DNA of 64,000 nucleotides. Source: an uncultured Pelagibacteraceae bacterium. GTDB lineage: Bacteria > Pseudomonadota > Alphaproteobacteria > Pelagibacterales > Pelagibacteraceae. Each line of letters begins with the position of its first letter. The stretch's first letter is position 1. Where the stretch lies: NCBI GenBank assembly GCA_902604035.1, contig CACKXG010000002.1, positions 2,281 to 66,280 of the forward strand, read 5' to 3'. The translations under genes were made by a program, and so were the position numbers. This document shows, piece after piece, positions 40,227-51,286 of the stretch. The notes under the pieces are model-generated. The model was given only the letters and a program-made list of their open reading frames with translations. It was not told where the DNA came from and did not search any database.

Positions 40227-41600
40227 ATGTCTTTAACTAAAAAAACTAAAGATAAAAAAGTAAATTTTGAGTTTAATAAAGAATATATAAGAGTTGTTAC
40301 TAGCAAAATAGCTAACAATGATGCTCAATTTATTACCAATTCATTTAACGAAATGCACCCTGCTGATGCTGCAGATATTATCGAACACTTAAGCGAAGGG
40401 GATAGAGAAAGCTTAATTAAACTAAATAATTTCAATATTGATCCGGAGGTTTTTGTTGAATTAAACGAGTCTATTCAATCAGAAATTATTACCTATTTAT
40501 CTTCAGAATCTATAGTAAGTATTCTTAAAGGTTTAGAGTCAGACGATGCTATATCTATATTGGAAAATGTTCCTGAAGAGGATAAAAATGCAATCCTTAG
40601 CTCTTTACCTCCTAAAGATAGATTTGCTCTACTAGAAAGCTTAAGCTATCCAGAGGATACTGCTGCTAGACTTATGCAGCGTGAATTTACAGCTATACCA
40701 AGTAATTGGTCTGTAGGTCAAACAATTGACTATTTAAGAGAAAACAAAGATTTACCAGAAGAGTTTTTAGAAATTTTTATTGTTAATGAAGATTTCAAAC
40801 CAATAGGAACTGTTCCTTCATCTAGAGTTTTAACAACACCTCGAGATACTAAAATGGCAACAATTATGTCAGAATCGCAATTATTAATTCCTGTTGAAAT
40901 GGATAAAGAGGAAGTTGCTAACTTATTTGAAAATTACAATTTGAATTCAGCCGCTGTTGTAGACAAAAACAATAAATTAGTTGGTATGATTATGAACGAT
41001 GATGTTTTAACAGTCTTGAAAGAAGAAGCTGAGGAAGATGCTTTAAGATTAGCAGGGGTAGGAGATGAAGAAATTACTGATGGAGTTGTAAAAAAAACAA
41101 AGAGAAGATTCAATTGGCTTTTACTTAATTTATTTACTGCCTTTCTAGCAACATGGTGTATTAGTTTATTTGGAGCAACCATTGAACAAATGGTAGTATT
41201 AGCTTTCTTAATGCCTATTGTAGCTTCAATGGGAGGTAATGCTGGAATGCAAACACTTGCAGTTACAGTAAGAACTATAGCTACAAATGATTTAACTCAA
41301 AATAATTTCTCATCTAATGTATTTAAAGAATTTTCTATTGGTATTTTAAATGGGATTATATTTGCAGCAATAAGTGCTTTAATTGTACAGATATGGTTTC
41401 AAGACAGCATCCTTTCACTGATAATAGCAATATCAATGGTACTAACAATGATAATAGCTGGATTATTTGGCATACTAGTTCCTTTTACTTTAAAAAAAAT
41501 GAATATCGACCCAGCAATTGCTTCAAGTGTTTTTGTGACAACAATTACTGACGTAATAGGTTTTGTTTCTTTTTTAGGTGTTGGAGCATATTTTTTATAA
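40227..41600 (+). CDS. mgtE: Magnesium transporter MgtE
   Basis: CBS pair; MGGNAG and DPAIAS...TTITD motifs. Confidence 0.96.
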   Translation: MSLTKKTKDKKVNFEFNKEYIRVVTSKIANNDAQFITNSFNEMHPADAADIIEHLSEGDRESLIKLNNFNIDPEVFVELNESIQSEIITYLSSESIVSILKGLESDDAISILENVPEEDKNAILSSLPPKDRFALLESLSYPEDTAARLMQREFTAIPSNWSVGQTIDYLRENKDLPEEFLEIFIVNEDFKPIGTVPSSRVLTTPRDTKMATIMSESQLLIPVEMDKEEVANLFENYNLNSAAVVDKNNKLVGMIMNDDVLTVLKEEAEEDALRLAGVGDEEITDGVVKKTKRRFNWLLLNLFTAFLATWCISLFGATIEQMVVLAFLMPIVASMGGNAGMQTLAVTVRTIATNDLTQNNFSSNVFKEFSIGILNGIIFAAISALIVQIWFQDSILSLIIAISMVLTMIIAGLFGILVPFTLKKMNIDPAIASSVFVTTITDVIGFVSFLGVGAYFL

Positions 41601-41602
41601 AA

Positions 41603-42418
41603 TTATAGGTTATCTATTAATCTGACGTTTTTTAAATAATAAGCAATAAACAATCTTGAATTATTTTTTGTATTTGAAAGTTTTAGGTTTTTTATGTTTC
41701 TTAGCTCTAAATAATCAATTTTAATTTTATAATTATTTTTTAACTCTTTTTTTTTAAGATTTAAAAAGCTTGGAATATTTTTTTTATTTTTAGTATTTTT
41801 TTTAATATCTACTAGTGTTTCATAAATCTTTGCTGCGATGGTTAAATTAGATTTATTTAAAAGAAGATTTCTTGATGAGAGAGCTACATTATCCTTATCT
41901 CGAATTGTTTTGCAAGGAATAACCTTAGTTTTATATTTTTTTTCCAATTCTTTTTTTACCAAATATAGTTGTTGAAAATCTTTTTCTCCCATAAATATCT
42001 TCTTGGGTTTTACAATTTTAGTTAGTTTATTCATTACATCTAAAACACCTTCAAAATGACCTTTTCTAAATTTAGCACACAAAATTTTATCTTTTTTTTG
42101 CAATGTAATTTTTGATTTTTTTTTATCTTTGTATATGTCTTTAAATTTAGGTATATAAACAAAATCAACTTTTTTGCTTTTTTTAAGAATTTTTAAATCT
42201 TTCTTGATATTTTGTGGATAGGATTTTAAATCTTTTTTATTATTAAATTGTTTTGGATTAACAAAAATACTTACAATTGTTTTTTTACAAAGTTTATTTG
42301 ATTTATTTATTAGTGATAAATGACCTTTATGTATTCCACCCATAGTAGGAACAAAACCCAGGTCATTAAATGGCCTTAATGATTCAAATAATGTCGTATT
42401 GTTTAATAAAATTTTCAT
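41603..42418 (-). CDS. panC: Pantoate-beta-alanine ligase
   Basis: PTMGGIHKGH, GEKD, SSRN and RLIDN motifs; start moved to 42418. Confidence 0.93.
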   Translation of the reverse strand: MKILLNNTTLFESLRPFNDLGFVPTMGGIHKGHLSLINKSNKLCKKTIVSIFVNPKQFNNKKDLKSYPQNIKKDLKILKKSKKVDFVYIPKFKDIYKDKKKSKITLQKKDKILCAKFRKGHFEGVLDVMNKLTKIVKPKKIFMGEKDFQQLYLVKKELEKKYKTKVIPCKTIRDKDNVALSSRNLLLNKSNLTIAAKIYETLVDIKKNTKNKKNIPSFLNLKKKELKNNYKIKIDYLELRNIKNLKLSNTKNNSRLFIAYYLKNVRLIDNL

Positions 42419-42452
42419 TTGTATAAAAATATTTAATAAGTAAAACATTTAA

Positions 42453-43268
42453 ATGATTAAACAAGCAATTATTCCTTTAGCTGGACTTGGAACTCGGTTA
42501 CTACCTTTAACAAGTGTTTTTGCTAAAGAGCTTTTACCTATTAATGGAAGACCTGGAATTGAATATATTCTTAATGAATGTATCGAAGCAGGTGTTAAAG
42601 AGATTATATTTATCATCTCAACTAAAAAATTAATGATAAAAAAATATTTTTATAGTGATCAGTTTTACAAAAATATTATAAAAAAAAAGAAAGATTCCAG
42701 TATAATTAATGAATATAAAAATATACTAAAATATAAAAATAAAATTAAGTTTGTGTTTCAAAATATTCCAAAGGGAACAGGTGATGCCGTTCTTAAAACT
42801 CAAAAATATATTAAAAATAAATATTTTTTAATGCTGTTACCTGATGATTTAATAATTAAAAAAAATTGTTCTAAGTCAATGATTAAAGTTCATAAAAAAT
42901 ATCAAGCTTCAGTTATGGCATCTATGAAAGTAAAAAAAAACAATGTTTCAAGATGGGGGATATATAAAATTAATAAAAAATTAGATAAAAGAAATTATGT
43001 TATTGATGGTGTTGTTGAAAAGCCATCAGTAAAAAAGGCACCATCTAACAATGCTGTTATTGGAAGATATATATTACCGCGTACAATTTTTAAAAAAATT
43101 AAATCTCTTAAACCTGCTAAAGGTAAAGAGATACATGTTACTGACGCAATTCAACTATTAATAAATGATAAAGAAAAATTTATAGCTCATAATTTTAAAG
43201 GTAAATATCTTGATTGTGGAACAATGAGAGGCTACATCAACTCCTCGAAAGAAATAGGAAAAATATGA
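42453..43268 (+). CDS. galU: UTP-glucose-1-phosphate uridylyltransferase
   Basis: AGLGTRLLP, VEKP, IGRY and LDCG motifs. Confidence 0.88.
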   Translation: MIKQAIIPLAGLGTRLLPLTSVFAKELLPINGRPGIEYILNECIEAGVKEIIFIISTKKLMIKKYFYSDQFYKNIIKKKKDSSIINEYKNILKYKNKIKFVFQNIPKGTGDAVLKTQKYIKNKYFLMLLPDDLIIKKNCSKSMIKVHKKYQASVMASMKVKKNNVSRWGIYKINKKLDKRNYVIDGVVEKPSVKKAPSNNAVIGRYILPRTIFKKIKSLKPAKGKEIHVTDAIQLLINDKEKFIAHNFKGKYLDCGTMRGYINSSKEIGKI

Positions 43269-44563
43269 AATTATGTATGATTGGCACTGGCTATGTTGGT
43301 TTAGTTAGTGGTGTTTGTTTTTCTGATTTAGGTAATGATGTCATATGTGTTGATAAAGATTTAAAAAAAATTAACAATTTAAAAAAGGGTATTGTTCCTA
43401 TTTATGAACCTGGTTTAGAAGAGTTAGTTTTAAAAAATTATAAAAATAAAAGACTGAATTTTTCTACAAACCTAAAAGAGTCGGTGAAAAAATCAGATAT
43501 TGTTTTTATATGTGTAGGAACACCAACCAAAAAAAAAAGTAATAGTGCTGATTTAAGCCAAGTATATGCTGCTGCAAAAGAAATATCTAAATCTATTAAA
43601 AAATTTAAAATTATAGTCAATAAATCGACTGTGCCCGTGACAACGGGTGATGAGATTGAAAAAATTATATCTAAAAAAGTAAATAAAAAATTTTTTTCAG
43701 TAGTATCTAATCCTGAATTTTTAAGAGAAGGTGAGGCTATTAGAGATTTTATCTATCCAGATAGAGTTGTAGTTGGATCAAATGATAGTAAATCCCAGAG
43801 AATATTAAAAAGTTTATATTCACCACTAATATCAAAAGGTGCAAAATTTCTTTCTACAAAAAGAAGAGCAGCAGAATTAATTAAATATGCTTCAAATGCC
43901 TTTTTAGCAACAAAGATTACTTTTATAAATGAAATATCAAATTTATGTGAAAAAACCGGTATAGATATTGAGGATATCTCAATAGGAATTGGCCTAGATA
44001 AAAGAATTGGTAGCAGATTTTTAAGAGCTGGGCCTGCATACGGTGGGTCATGTTTTCCAAAAGATACCAAAGCTTTAGTTTCAACTGCTGATAAATTCAA
44101 AACTAATTTATCAGTGGTAAAAAGCGTTATCAGATCCAATGATTTAAGATCTGATTTATTATCCAAAAGAGTTAGTTTAATTTTAAATAATAAAATTAAA
44201 AATAAAGTTGTATCCTTTTTAGGTGTAACTTTTAAAGCAAATACTGACGATATGAGAGACTCGTCTAGCCTAAAATTAATTCCATTTTTATCCAAAAAAG
44301 GTGCGAAAATTAAATATTATGATCCTACAGGATCAAAAAAAGAATTTAAAAAACTAAAAAATGTTGAATTTTCTAATTCAATACAAGAATCTATCAAAGG
44401 ATCAGATATCGCAATTATACATACAGAATGGAATGATTTTAAATCAATTAATTTCAAAAAATTTTCAAAAAATAAAAAACTTATTATTTATGATATGAGA
44501 AATATTTATTCACCTAATAAAATTAAAAAACTAGGTTTTAAATATTTTGGTATTGGAAGATAA
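43265..44563 (+). CDS. ugd: UDP-glucose 6-dehydrogenase
   Basis: GTGYVG, PEFLREG and GGSCFPKD motifs; start ATG 43265. Confidence 0.93.
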   Translation: MKLCMIGTGYVGLVSGVCFSDLGNDVICVDKDLKKINNLKKGIVPIYEPGLEELVLKNYKNKRLNFSTNLKESVKKSDIVFICVGTPTKKKSNSADLSQVYAAAKEISKSIKKFKIIVNKSTVPVTTGDEIEKIISKKVNKKFFSVVSNPEFLREGEAIRDFIYPDRVVVGSNDSKSQRILKSLYSPLISKGAKFLSTKRRAAELIKYASNAFLATKITFINEISNLCEKTGIDIEDISIGIGLDKRIGSRFLRAGPAYGGSCFPKDTKALVSTADKFKTNLSVVKSVIRSNDLRSDLLSKRVSLILNNKIKNKVVSFLGVTFKANTDDMRDSSSLKLIPFLSKKGAKIKYYDPTGSKKEFKKLKNVEFSNSIQESIKGSDIAIIHTEWNDFKSINFKKFSKNKKLIIYDMRNIYSPNKIKKLGFKYFGIGR

Positions 44564-44564
44564 T

Positions 44565-45026
44565 TCAATTTAACTCAAAAATTGCATCAACTTCAACAGA
44601 CACACCAAGTGGCAAGCTATTTGTACTTACTGCTGCTCTAGTGTGCATTCCTGCTTTACCAAAAACAGAAGCAATTAAATCAGAAGCTCCATTAATTACT
44701 TTTGGTTGATCTGTAAAGCTATCAGTTGAATTGACAAAACCTGTTAACTTTACACAAGATTTAATTTTAGAAAGATCTCCATTACAAGCTACTTTTGCTT
44801 GAGATATAATACTTAAACCACATCTTTCAGCTGCTTTGTAACCATCATCTACAGATAGATCTTTTCCAACTTTTCCTTTTATTAATTCACCATTTTTTGA
44901 AATAGAAATTTGTCCTGAAATATAAAGTAAATTACCGACAACTTTTGTTGCAACATAAGAACCAACAGGTGGTTTTGCCTCAGGAAGATTAATCTTTAAT
45001 TCTTTAATTTTATTTTCAAAATCCAT
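44565..45026 (-). CDS. RidA/YjgF family protein
   Basis: SGQ, NGASDL, HTRAAV and LPLGVSVE motifs. Confidence 0.88.
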   Translation of the reverse strand: MDFENKIKELKINLPEAKPPVGSYVATKVVGNLLYISGQISISKNGELIKGKVGKDLSVDDGYKAAERCGLSIISQAKVACNGDLSKIKSCVKLTGFVNSTDSFTDQPKVINGASDLIASVFGKAGMHTRAAVSTNSLPLGVSVEVDAIFELN

Positions 45027-45027
45027 T

Positions 45028-45312
45028 TTATTTTTCAGTAAATTCTTTATGAGTTTTACTATTCTTAAATTTTTTTAGTTTATCTTTTAAATTAAAATTC
45101 TTTAATCTTTTTTTACCTTCCTCAATTTTTTTTGCTGTTTTAGATTTTATTTCCTCTGCTTTTTGTGAGGTTTCTTTCTTTAATTTATCAGATGTACATT
45201 TTGCATACTCTTTACTTAACTTTTCATATTTTGAACAATCCTCAGCAGATGAAAATGTTAAGCTAAATAAAGAAATGAATAAAACAGAAATTATAATTTT
45301 AATTATTTTCAT
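45028..45312 (-). CDS. Small secreted hypothetical protein
   Basis: Signal peptide ending SSA, a Cys pair and a Lys-rich helix; overlaps the topA stop. Confidence 0.7.
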   Translation of the reverse strand: MKIIKIIISVLFISLFSLTFSSAEDCSKYEKLSKEYAKCTSDKLKKETSQKAEEIKSKTAKKIEEGKKRLKNFNLKDKLKKFKNSKTHKEFTEK

Positions 45313-47891
45313 TTTTTCTTTTTTTTGGATTTTTTATTTTTATCGTATTCTCTTCTTTTCTCAATTAGTATAAGTGCCTCCTCCATTGTTAGCTCTACAG
45401 GGTCTTTTTCCTCTGGGATTGTTGCATTTAGAGATTTGTATTTAATGTATGGTCCATATTGACCTTTCATGATTCGGACTGGCTTTTTATCTTCAGGATG
45501 CTCCCCTAAATCTTTTATAATTGAAGAAGACATCCTCCCAGGTTTTGCTTCAGCTATGAGTGTAATTGCTCGATTTAATCCTATAGAAAAAATTTCTTCG
45601 ACATTTTCTATTCTAGCTGATTTATTTTCACATTTTAAATATGGTCCAAATCTACCAGTGTTCAAAGTGATTTCTTTTTGATTTTCTGGATTAATGCCTA
45701 ATGATTTAGGAAGCGAACATAAAAATTTTGCTTTATCTAAATCTATACTTTCTAATTCAATACCTTTGGGAATTGATACATTTTTCAATAGCTCATTTAC
45801 TTCAGGTTTCTTTTTTTTTGTTTTTTTTCTCTTTTTAGGTTTTTCTTCCTCAATATTTTCTTCAAGAACTTTCTCATACTGAAGATAAGGACCAAATCTT
45901 CCATTTTTTAGAAAAATATCATTTCCATTTTCGTGTTTTCCAAGAAATTTTGGTTCAGCAAGTTGTGATTGAGCAGCCGCTTTAGCTTTTGATAGTGGTC
46001 TTGTAAATTTACATTCAGGATAGTTTGAGCATCCAATAAAGGCACCTCCTCTAAAACTATTTTTCAAACTAAGGGAACCTGTGTCACATAACTGACATTT
46101 TCTAACTATCTTTCCTTCTTTATCAGTGTCAAATATCAATGCTCCCAAACTTTCATTTAAAAGATCTAAAACTTCTCTAGTTCTTTTTTCTTTTACCTCT
46201 GAAACATTACTATTAAAATCTTTCCAAAACATTTCTAAGACTTTTAACCAACTTTCTTTTCCAGAAGTTATTTCATCTAGCTGATCCTCTAGTCCAGCTG
46301 TAAAGTTATAATCTACATACTTTGAAAATAGTTTTTCTAAAAACGCAGAAATTAATTTACCTCTATCAGTTGGAAAAAATCTTTTGTTAACTATTTCAGC
46401 ATAACCTCTATTTGCTATTGTTGAAATGATACTTGCATAAGTTGAAGGTCTTCCAATTCCTAACTCTTCCAATTTTTTAACCAAACTCGCCTCAGAGTAA
46501 CGTGGGGGAGGTTGGGTAAAATGTTGTTCATCAATAAGAGCTTCTATATTAATTGGTCCTTTTGACATCTCAGGTAAAATTTGCTCATCATCATCTTTAC
46601 TTTGACTTGAATAAACTTTTAAAAATCCATCAAATTTCAAAACCGATCCGCTTGATTTACATATAGTTTTACCGTCTTCAGACTCAATTGTTATTGTATT
46701 TCTGTCAAATTTTGCTGTTTCCATTTGAGACGATAGAGCTCTAGACCAAATTAAAGAATATAATTTTTGCTGGTCAGAACTTAAATACTTTTTAATAGAG
46801 TCTGGATTTCTATTAATATCAGTTGGTCTTATTGCTTCATGGGCTTCTTGAGCATTTTTTGCTTTTTTTCCTGAGTAATTATTTGGGTTTTCTGGCAAGT
46901 ATTCGTTACCATATTCTTTTTTAATAAAATTTCTAAAATCAGTGACAGCATCAGCTGACAAATTAGTTCCATCCGTTCTCATATATGTAATTAACCCAAC
47001 TGTATCTCCTTCAATTTCTATTCCTTGATAAAGTTTTTGTGCTATTTGCATTGTTCTTGATGCTCCAAAACCTAATCTACTAGAGGCAACCTGCTGAAGT
47101 GTTGAAGTAGTAAAGGGTCCTGAGGGATTTCTGCTAACAACTTTTGAGGAAATATCAGTTATGTTAAATTTTTTGTTCCTAATATTATCAATTGCCTTTT
47201 CAATTTCTTCTTTATTTTTAAAGAAAAATTTTTCAATTTTTTCTCCATCAAGTTGAGAAATACTTGCTGTAATGTTACTTTTGTTTTTATCCTGAAAATT
47301 AATACTTAATGTCCAAAATTCTTCAGGCTTGAATAATTCAATTTCATGCTCTCTTTCAGTGATCAATTTCAATGCAACAGATTGAACTCTACCTGCAGAT
47401 TTTGAACCAGGTAGTTTAGTCCAAAGTATTGGCGAAATATTAAATCCTACCAAATAATCTAGTGCTCTTCTAGCCATGTAAGCATCGACTAATAAGGGCT
47501 CTATCTGTCTTGGATTTTCAATACCATGTGTGACAGCTTTTTTTGTTATTTCGTTAAATACCACACGTTCAATTTCTTTATCCTTTAAAAGTTTTTTTTC
47601 ATTTAAATACTCTTTTACATGCCATGCTATTGCCTCACCCTCACGATCTGGGTCAGTAGCAAGAATTATTTTTGAAGAATCTTTCGCAGCATCAGTAATT
47701 TCTTTTAAATATTTTTTTGAAAAGCTATCAACTTCCCATTCCATTTTAAAATTTTGATCAGGATCAACTGATCCATTTTTTGAAGGAAGATCTCTAATAT
47801 GACCATAGCTTGCTAAAACGGTATAGTTATCACCTAAATACTTATTAATTGTTTTCGCTTTAGCAGGGCTTTCAACTATGACTAGATTCAT
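45309..47891 (-). CDS. topA: DNA topoisomerase I
   Basis: VESPAKA, DPDREGE and ITYMRTD motifs; Zn ribbon and C-terminal repeats. Confidence 0.98.
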   Translation of the reverse strand: MNLVIVESPAKAKTINKYLGDNYTVLASYGHIRDLPSKNGSVDPDQNFKMEWEVDSFSKKYLKEITDAAKDSSKIILATDPDREGEAIAWHVKEYLNEKKLLKDKEIERVVFNEITKKAVTHGIENPRQIEPLLVDAYMARRALDYLVGFNISPILWTKLPGSKSAGRVQSVALKLITEREHEIELFKPEEFWTLSINFQDKNKSNITASISQLDGEKIEKFFFKNKEEIEKAIDNIRNKKFNITDISSKVVSRNPSGPFTTSTLQQVASSRLGFGASRTMQIAQKLYQGIEIEGDTVGLITYMRTDGTNLSADAVTDFRNFIKKEYGNEYLPENPNNYSGKKAKNAQEAHEAIRPTDINRNPDSIKKYLSSDQQKLYSLIWSRALSSQMETAKFDRNTITIESEDGKTICKSSGSVLKFDGFLKVYSSQSKDDDEQILPEMSKGPINIEALIDEQHFTQPPPRYSEASLVKKLEELGIGRPSTYASIISTIANRGYAEIVNKRFFPTDRGKLISAFLEKLFSKYVDYNFTAGLEDQLDEITSGKESWLKVLEMFWKDFNSNVSEVKEKRTREVLDLLNESLGALIFDTDKEGKIVRKCQLCDTGSLSLKNSFRGGAFIGCSNYPECKFTRPLSKAKAAAQSQLAEPKFLGKHENGNDIFLKNGRFGPYLQYEKVLEENIEEEKPKKRKKTKKKKPEVNELLKNVSIPKGIELESIDLDKAKFLCSLPKSLGINPENQKEITLNTGRFGPYLKCENKSARIENVEEIFSIGLNRAITLIAEAKPGRMSSSIIKDLGEHPEDKKPVRIMKGQYGPYIKYKSLNATIPEEKDPVELTMEEALILIEKRREYDKNKKSKKKKK

Positions 47892-47928
47892 AAAATAACA
47901 AACTACTCAAAAGAGTTTGATAGTCAAA

Positions 47929-48507
47929 TTAATAAATTTTTGTCTTAGTTTCTTCTTTATTTTTCAAGCGTTTAATATTTTCTCTGTGGGTAAAAAATAT
48001 TAAAATAAACATTATTACGTAAAAAAATACATTTTCTGAACCCTCAAAAAATAAAATATAAACCGGTATAGAAAGTGATCCTATCAAAGAAGATAAAGAT
48101 GAATATTTAGAAATAAAAAAGATTATTAACCAACAAATACCAAACACCAAACCAAAAATAATATTTAAAGAAAAAAGTATCCCAACATATGTCGCTACAC
48201 CTTTGCCACCTTTAAATTTTAACCATACTGGAAACACATGACCTATAAAAGCGCATAAAGCTGATATATATACTGCATCAGGAAAATTAATTTTAATGTA
48301 TAAAACAGGTATTACTGCCTTTAACACATCAAGTATTAGTGTTGAATAACCAATTAACTTATTACCAGTTCTTAAAGCATTTGTTGCGCCAATATTACCA
48401 GAACCAATTTCTCTAATATCTTTTTTTAAAAATACTTTGGTTAAAATTAATCCAAAAGGAATTGATCCCATTAGGTATGAGATTATACCTATTATAAAAA
48501 GTTCCAT
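47929..48507 (-). CDS. plsY: Glycerol-3-phosphate acyltransferase
   Basis: GSGNIGATN, GGKGVAT and HRENI motifs. Confidence 0.96.
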   Translation of the reverse strand: MELFIIGIISYLMGSIPFGLILTKVFLKKDIREIGSGNIGATNALRTGNKLIGYSTLILDVLKAVIPVLYIKINFPDAVYISALCAFIGHVFPVWLKFKGGKGVATYVGILFSLNIIFGLVFGICWLIIFFISKYSSLSSLIGSLSIPVYILFFEGSENVFFYVIMFILIFFTHRENIKRLKNKEETKTKIY

Positions 48508-48509
48508 TT

Positions 48510-49796
48510 TTATATTTTAAATAATTCTATACCTTTTACAAATGTATTGGTTACTTTTCCTTGAAGTTTCTTATCTTCAATTGAAGTATTTTTAGATTTA
48601 GAGATTAAATTTTCTTTTTTTACAATCCATGGTTTATTGATATCTACTATACAAAAATCTGCATCATTACCAATAGACAGATTTCCCTTATTTATATTTA
48701 ATATTTTTGCTGGGTTAGAGGTTAAAGCTTGAATTATAGTTTCAAGTTTTACAGATCCATTATGAAATAATTCTAAACTTAAGGATAACAATGTTTCAAT
48801 GCCAGATGCACCAGTTGCAGCTTGTGCAAAAGTTAATCTTTTGGATTCTTCATCTTCAGGTTTATGGTCAGAAACAATTACATCAATAGTTTTATCTTTT
48901 AATCCTTGAACTAAAGCTTCTCGATCTTCTTCTCTTCTCAGTGGAGGTGATAATTTTAAAAATGTTCTAAAATCTCCAATATCATTTTCATTTAATGAAA
49001 GATTGTTTATTGATACACCGCAAGTAAATTTAACGTTTTGTTTACGTTCCTTAATTATATCTACAGATTTTCCTACTGATAGTTGAGATATGTGATATCT
49101 ACATTTAGTTTTTTCTAAGAGAGTAAGATCTCTCTCAATTATAATTCTTTCAGCAATATCTGGTATGCTTGATAAGCCTAGTTTTGTTGCAATAATACCA
49201 GAATTAATCATCCCATTTTTAGCTAAATCGTAATCTTCAGCATGTTGCATTATAAGACATCCCAAATCTTTAGCTGAATTCATAATTCTAGACATAAGTC
49301 TAGTATTTTGAATTGTTTTTACTCCGTCAGTAAAAGCAATAATTCCTTTTTTAGCCAGTAAACCAAATTCGGTCATATTGGTGCCATCAGTGTTTTGAGT
49401 TAATGAAGCGCAAGGAAATATATTTATTTTAGACTTATCACGTCCTCTTCTTTTTAAAAAATCTACAATTGATACATTATCAATAATTGGATCTGTATTA
49501 GGCATGGTTACGACGGAAGTTACTCCTCCAGATAATGCTGCATTACTTAAAGTCCTAAAATTTTCTTTATATTCATATCCTGGCTCGCCTACAAAAACTC
49601 TCATATCCACTATACCAGGAAATATATATTTACCTTTTAAGTCAGTAGGTTTTTCTCTAGTTGGTAAATTATTTGTATTTACCTTTTTTCCTATTGCTTC
49701 TATCTTTCCGTCTTCTCCAATTATTAATCCACCATTTTCATTTATGGAATTATGAGGATCTATAATGTTTGCATTTATAAAGTATTGTTTTTTCAT
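48510..49796 (-). CDS. pyrC: Dihydroorotase-like protein, probably the non-catalytic PyrC' partner of ATCase
   Basis: MPNT, PPLR and SDH motifs present, but HxH is replaced by DMRVF; adjacent to pyrB. Confidence 0.85.
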   Translation of the reverse strand: MKKQYFINANIIDPHNSINENGGLIIGEDGKIEAIGKKVNTNNLPTREKPTDLKGKYIFPGIVDMRVFVGEPGYEYKENFRTLSNAALSGGVTSVVTMPNTDPIIDNVSIVDFLKRRGRDKSKINIFPCASLTQNTDGTNMTEFGLLAKKGIIAFTDGVKTIQNTRLMSRIMNSAKDLGCLIMQHAEDYDLAKNGMINSGIIATKLGLSSIPDIAERIIIERDLTLLEKTKCRYHISQLSVGKSVDIIKERKQNVKFTCGVSINNLSLNENDIGDFRTFLKLSPPLRREEDREALVQGLKDKTIDVIVSDHKPEDEESKRLTFAQAATGASGIETLLSLSLELFHNGSVKLETIIQALTSNPAKILNINKGNLSIGNDADFCIVDINKPWIVKKENLISKSKNTSIEDKKLQGKVTNTFVKGIELFKI

Positions 49797-50738
49797 TTAT
49801 TCACAAAATATTTTTAAACATGCCATCCTTACAGCAACACCTAATTCAACTTGTTCTTTAATTACACTTTTGTTTATGTCATCAGCTAATCTTGTATCAA
49901 TTTCAATTCCTCTATTCATTGGACCAGGATGCATAATTAAAGCATCTGAGTTTGCATGATCAAGTTTATCTGGTGTTAATCCATAATATTCATAGTATTC
50001 TCTATTCGATGAAAGATATGAACTAGTCATTCTTTCATTTTGTAATCTAAGCATCATTACAATATCACAATCTTTGAGACCCTTTTTCATATCAGTAAAA
50101 GTGTTAACACCAAACTTTTCAATTTCTTTTGGCATAAGATTGGATGGTGCAACTATATTAACTTCTGCTCCTAACATTGTAAGAAGATAAATATTTGATC
50201 TAGCCACTCTCGAATGAAGTATGTCTCCACATATAGCTATTTTTAATCCCTGAATTTTTTTTTTTCGATTTCTAATTGTTAACGCATCTAATAATGCTTG
50301 AGTAGGGTGCTCACGTCTACCATCACCAGCGTTTAAAACTACGCAATTAACTTTTTGAGATAATAGATTACAAGCACCAGAGTCTTGATGTCTGATCACA
50401 ATTATATCAGGATGCATTGCATTTAATGTCATTGCCGTATCAATCAAAGTTTCACCTTTTTTAATGGCTGAGTTACCCATATTCATTGACATGACGTCAG
50501 CACCAAGTCTTTTTCCAGCAAGTTCAAATGAGCTTTGAGTTCTAGTTGATGGCTCAAAGAATAAGTTTATTTGTGTTTTGCCTCTTAACACATCAATTTT
50601 TTTATTTTTACTCTGGTTTAATTTTATGAAAGCTTCCGACTCATCTAGGATATAATTAATATCATTAACTGATAAATCTTGGATACCTAACAGATGTTTT
50701 TGTGAGATTTTAATAGCTTTATTGGTTTTAATTGCCAT
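49797..50738 (-). CDS. pyrB: Aspartate carbamoyltransferase catalytic subunit
   Basis: FEPSTRT, HPTQ and HPGP motifs; start moved to 50738. Confidence 0.97.
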   Translation of the reverse strand: MAIKTNKAIKISQKHLLGIQDLSVNDINYILDESEAFIKLNQSKNKKIDVLRGKTQINLFFEPSTRTQSSFELAGKRLGADVMSMNMGNSAIKKGETLIDTAMTLNAMHPDIIVIRHQDSGACNLLSQKVNCVVLNAGDGRREHPTQALLDALTIRNRKKKIQGLKIAICGDILHSRVARSNIYLLTMLGAEVNIVAPSNLMPKEIEKFGVNTFTDMKKGLKDCDIVMMLRLQNERMTSSYLSSNREYYEYYGLTPDKLDHANSDALIMHPGPMNRGIEIDTRLADDINKSVIKEQVELGVAVRMACLKIFCE

Positions 50739-50780
50739 TAAAATTAACTCTATAGCTATAAAGCCCCTAAATGGCAAGGA

Positions 50781-51236
50781 TTAATTATTTAAATAATCTA
50801 TAGCTCCTTGAAGAATAAATGCAGCTGCATTTTGATCTATGTTTTTTTCACGCTTAGAAACATTAATATCAAGCTGACTGGATAGATTAAATGCACCAAC
50901 TGTTGAAAGTCTTTCATCCCATAAGCAAACATCTACATCAACACTTTGGTCTATATTTTTAGATATATCACTTACTGATTGAGCAGAAGGACCCAATGAA
51001 CCATCCATGTTAATTGGATATCCAATAATAATTCCTTTAATATTGTTTTCCTCTATTATTTTTTTTAATTCGTCGATTAGATCATTATTATTGGTCTTAT
51101 TGATCGTTTTAAAGGGTGTGGCTATCGACTGTTTTTCATCACAAATTGATACACCGATTCTTTTTGATCCGAGATCTATACCAATCAATCTAGAGGTTTC
51201 AGACTGTTTTTTTTTGAATTCTTCAATAGTGATCAT
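50781..51236 (-). CDS. ruvX: YqgF/RuvX family RNase H-fold nuclease
   Basis: GIDLGSKRIG and WDERLST motifs. Confidence 0.92.
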   Translation of the reverse strand: MITIEEFKKKQSETSRLIGIDLGSKRIGVSICDEKQSIATPFKTINKTNNNDLIDELKKIIEENNIKGIIIGYPINMDGSLGPSAQSVSDISKNIDQSVDVDVCLWDERLSTVGAFNLSSQLDINVSKREKNIDQNAAAFILQGAIDYLNN

Positions 51237-51286
51237 ATTGTATATTTTAAACTTAAGTGATAGTTTGCGACATATTTAAATACCAT

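Noticed and set aside
41603-44563. Very AT-rich panC-galU-ugd block as a genomic island
   Set aside because: No mobility genes, flanking repeats or tRNA; similar Lys/AT bias occurs in other low-expression core genes here (nadK, rluC, lipB)
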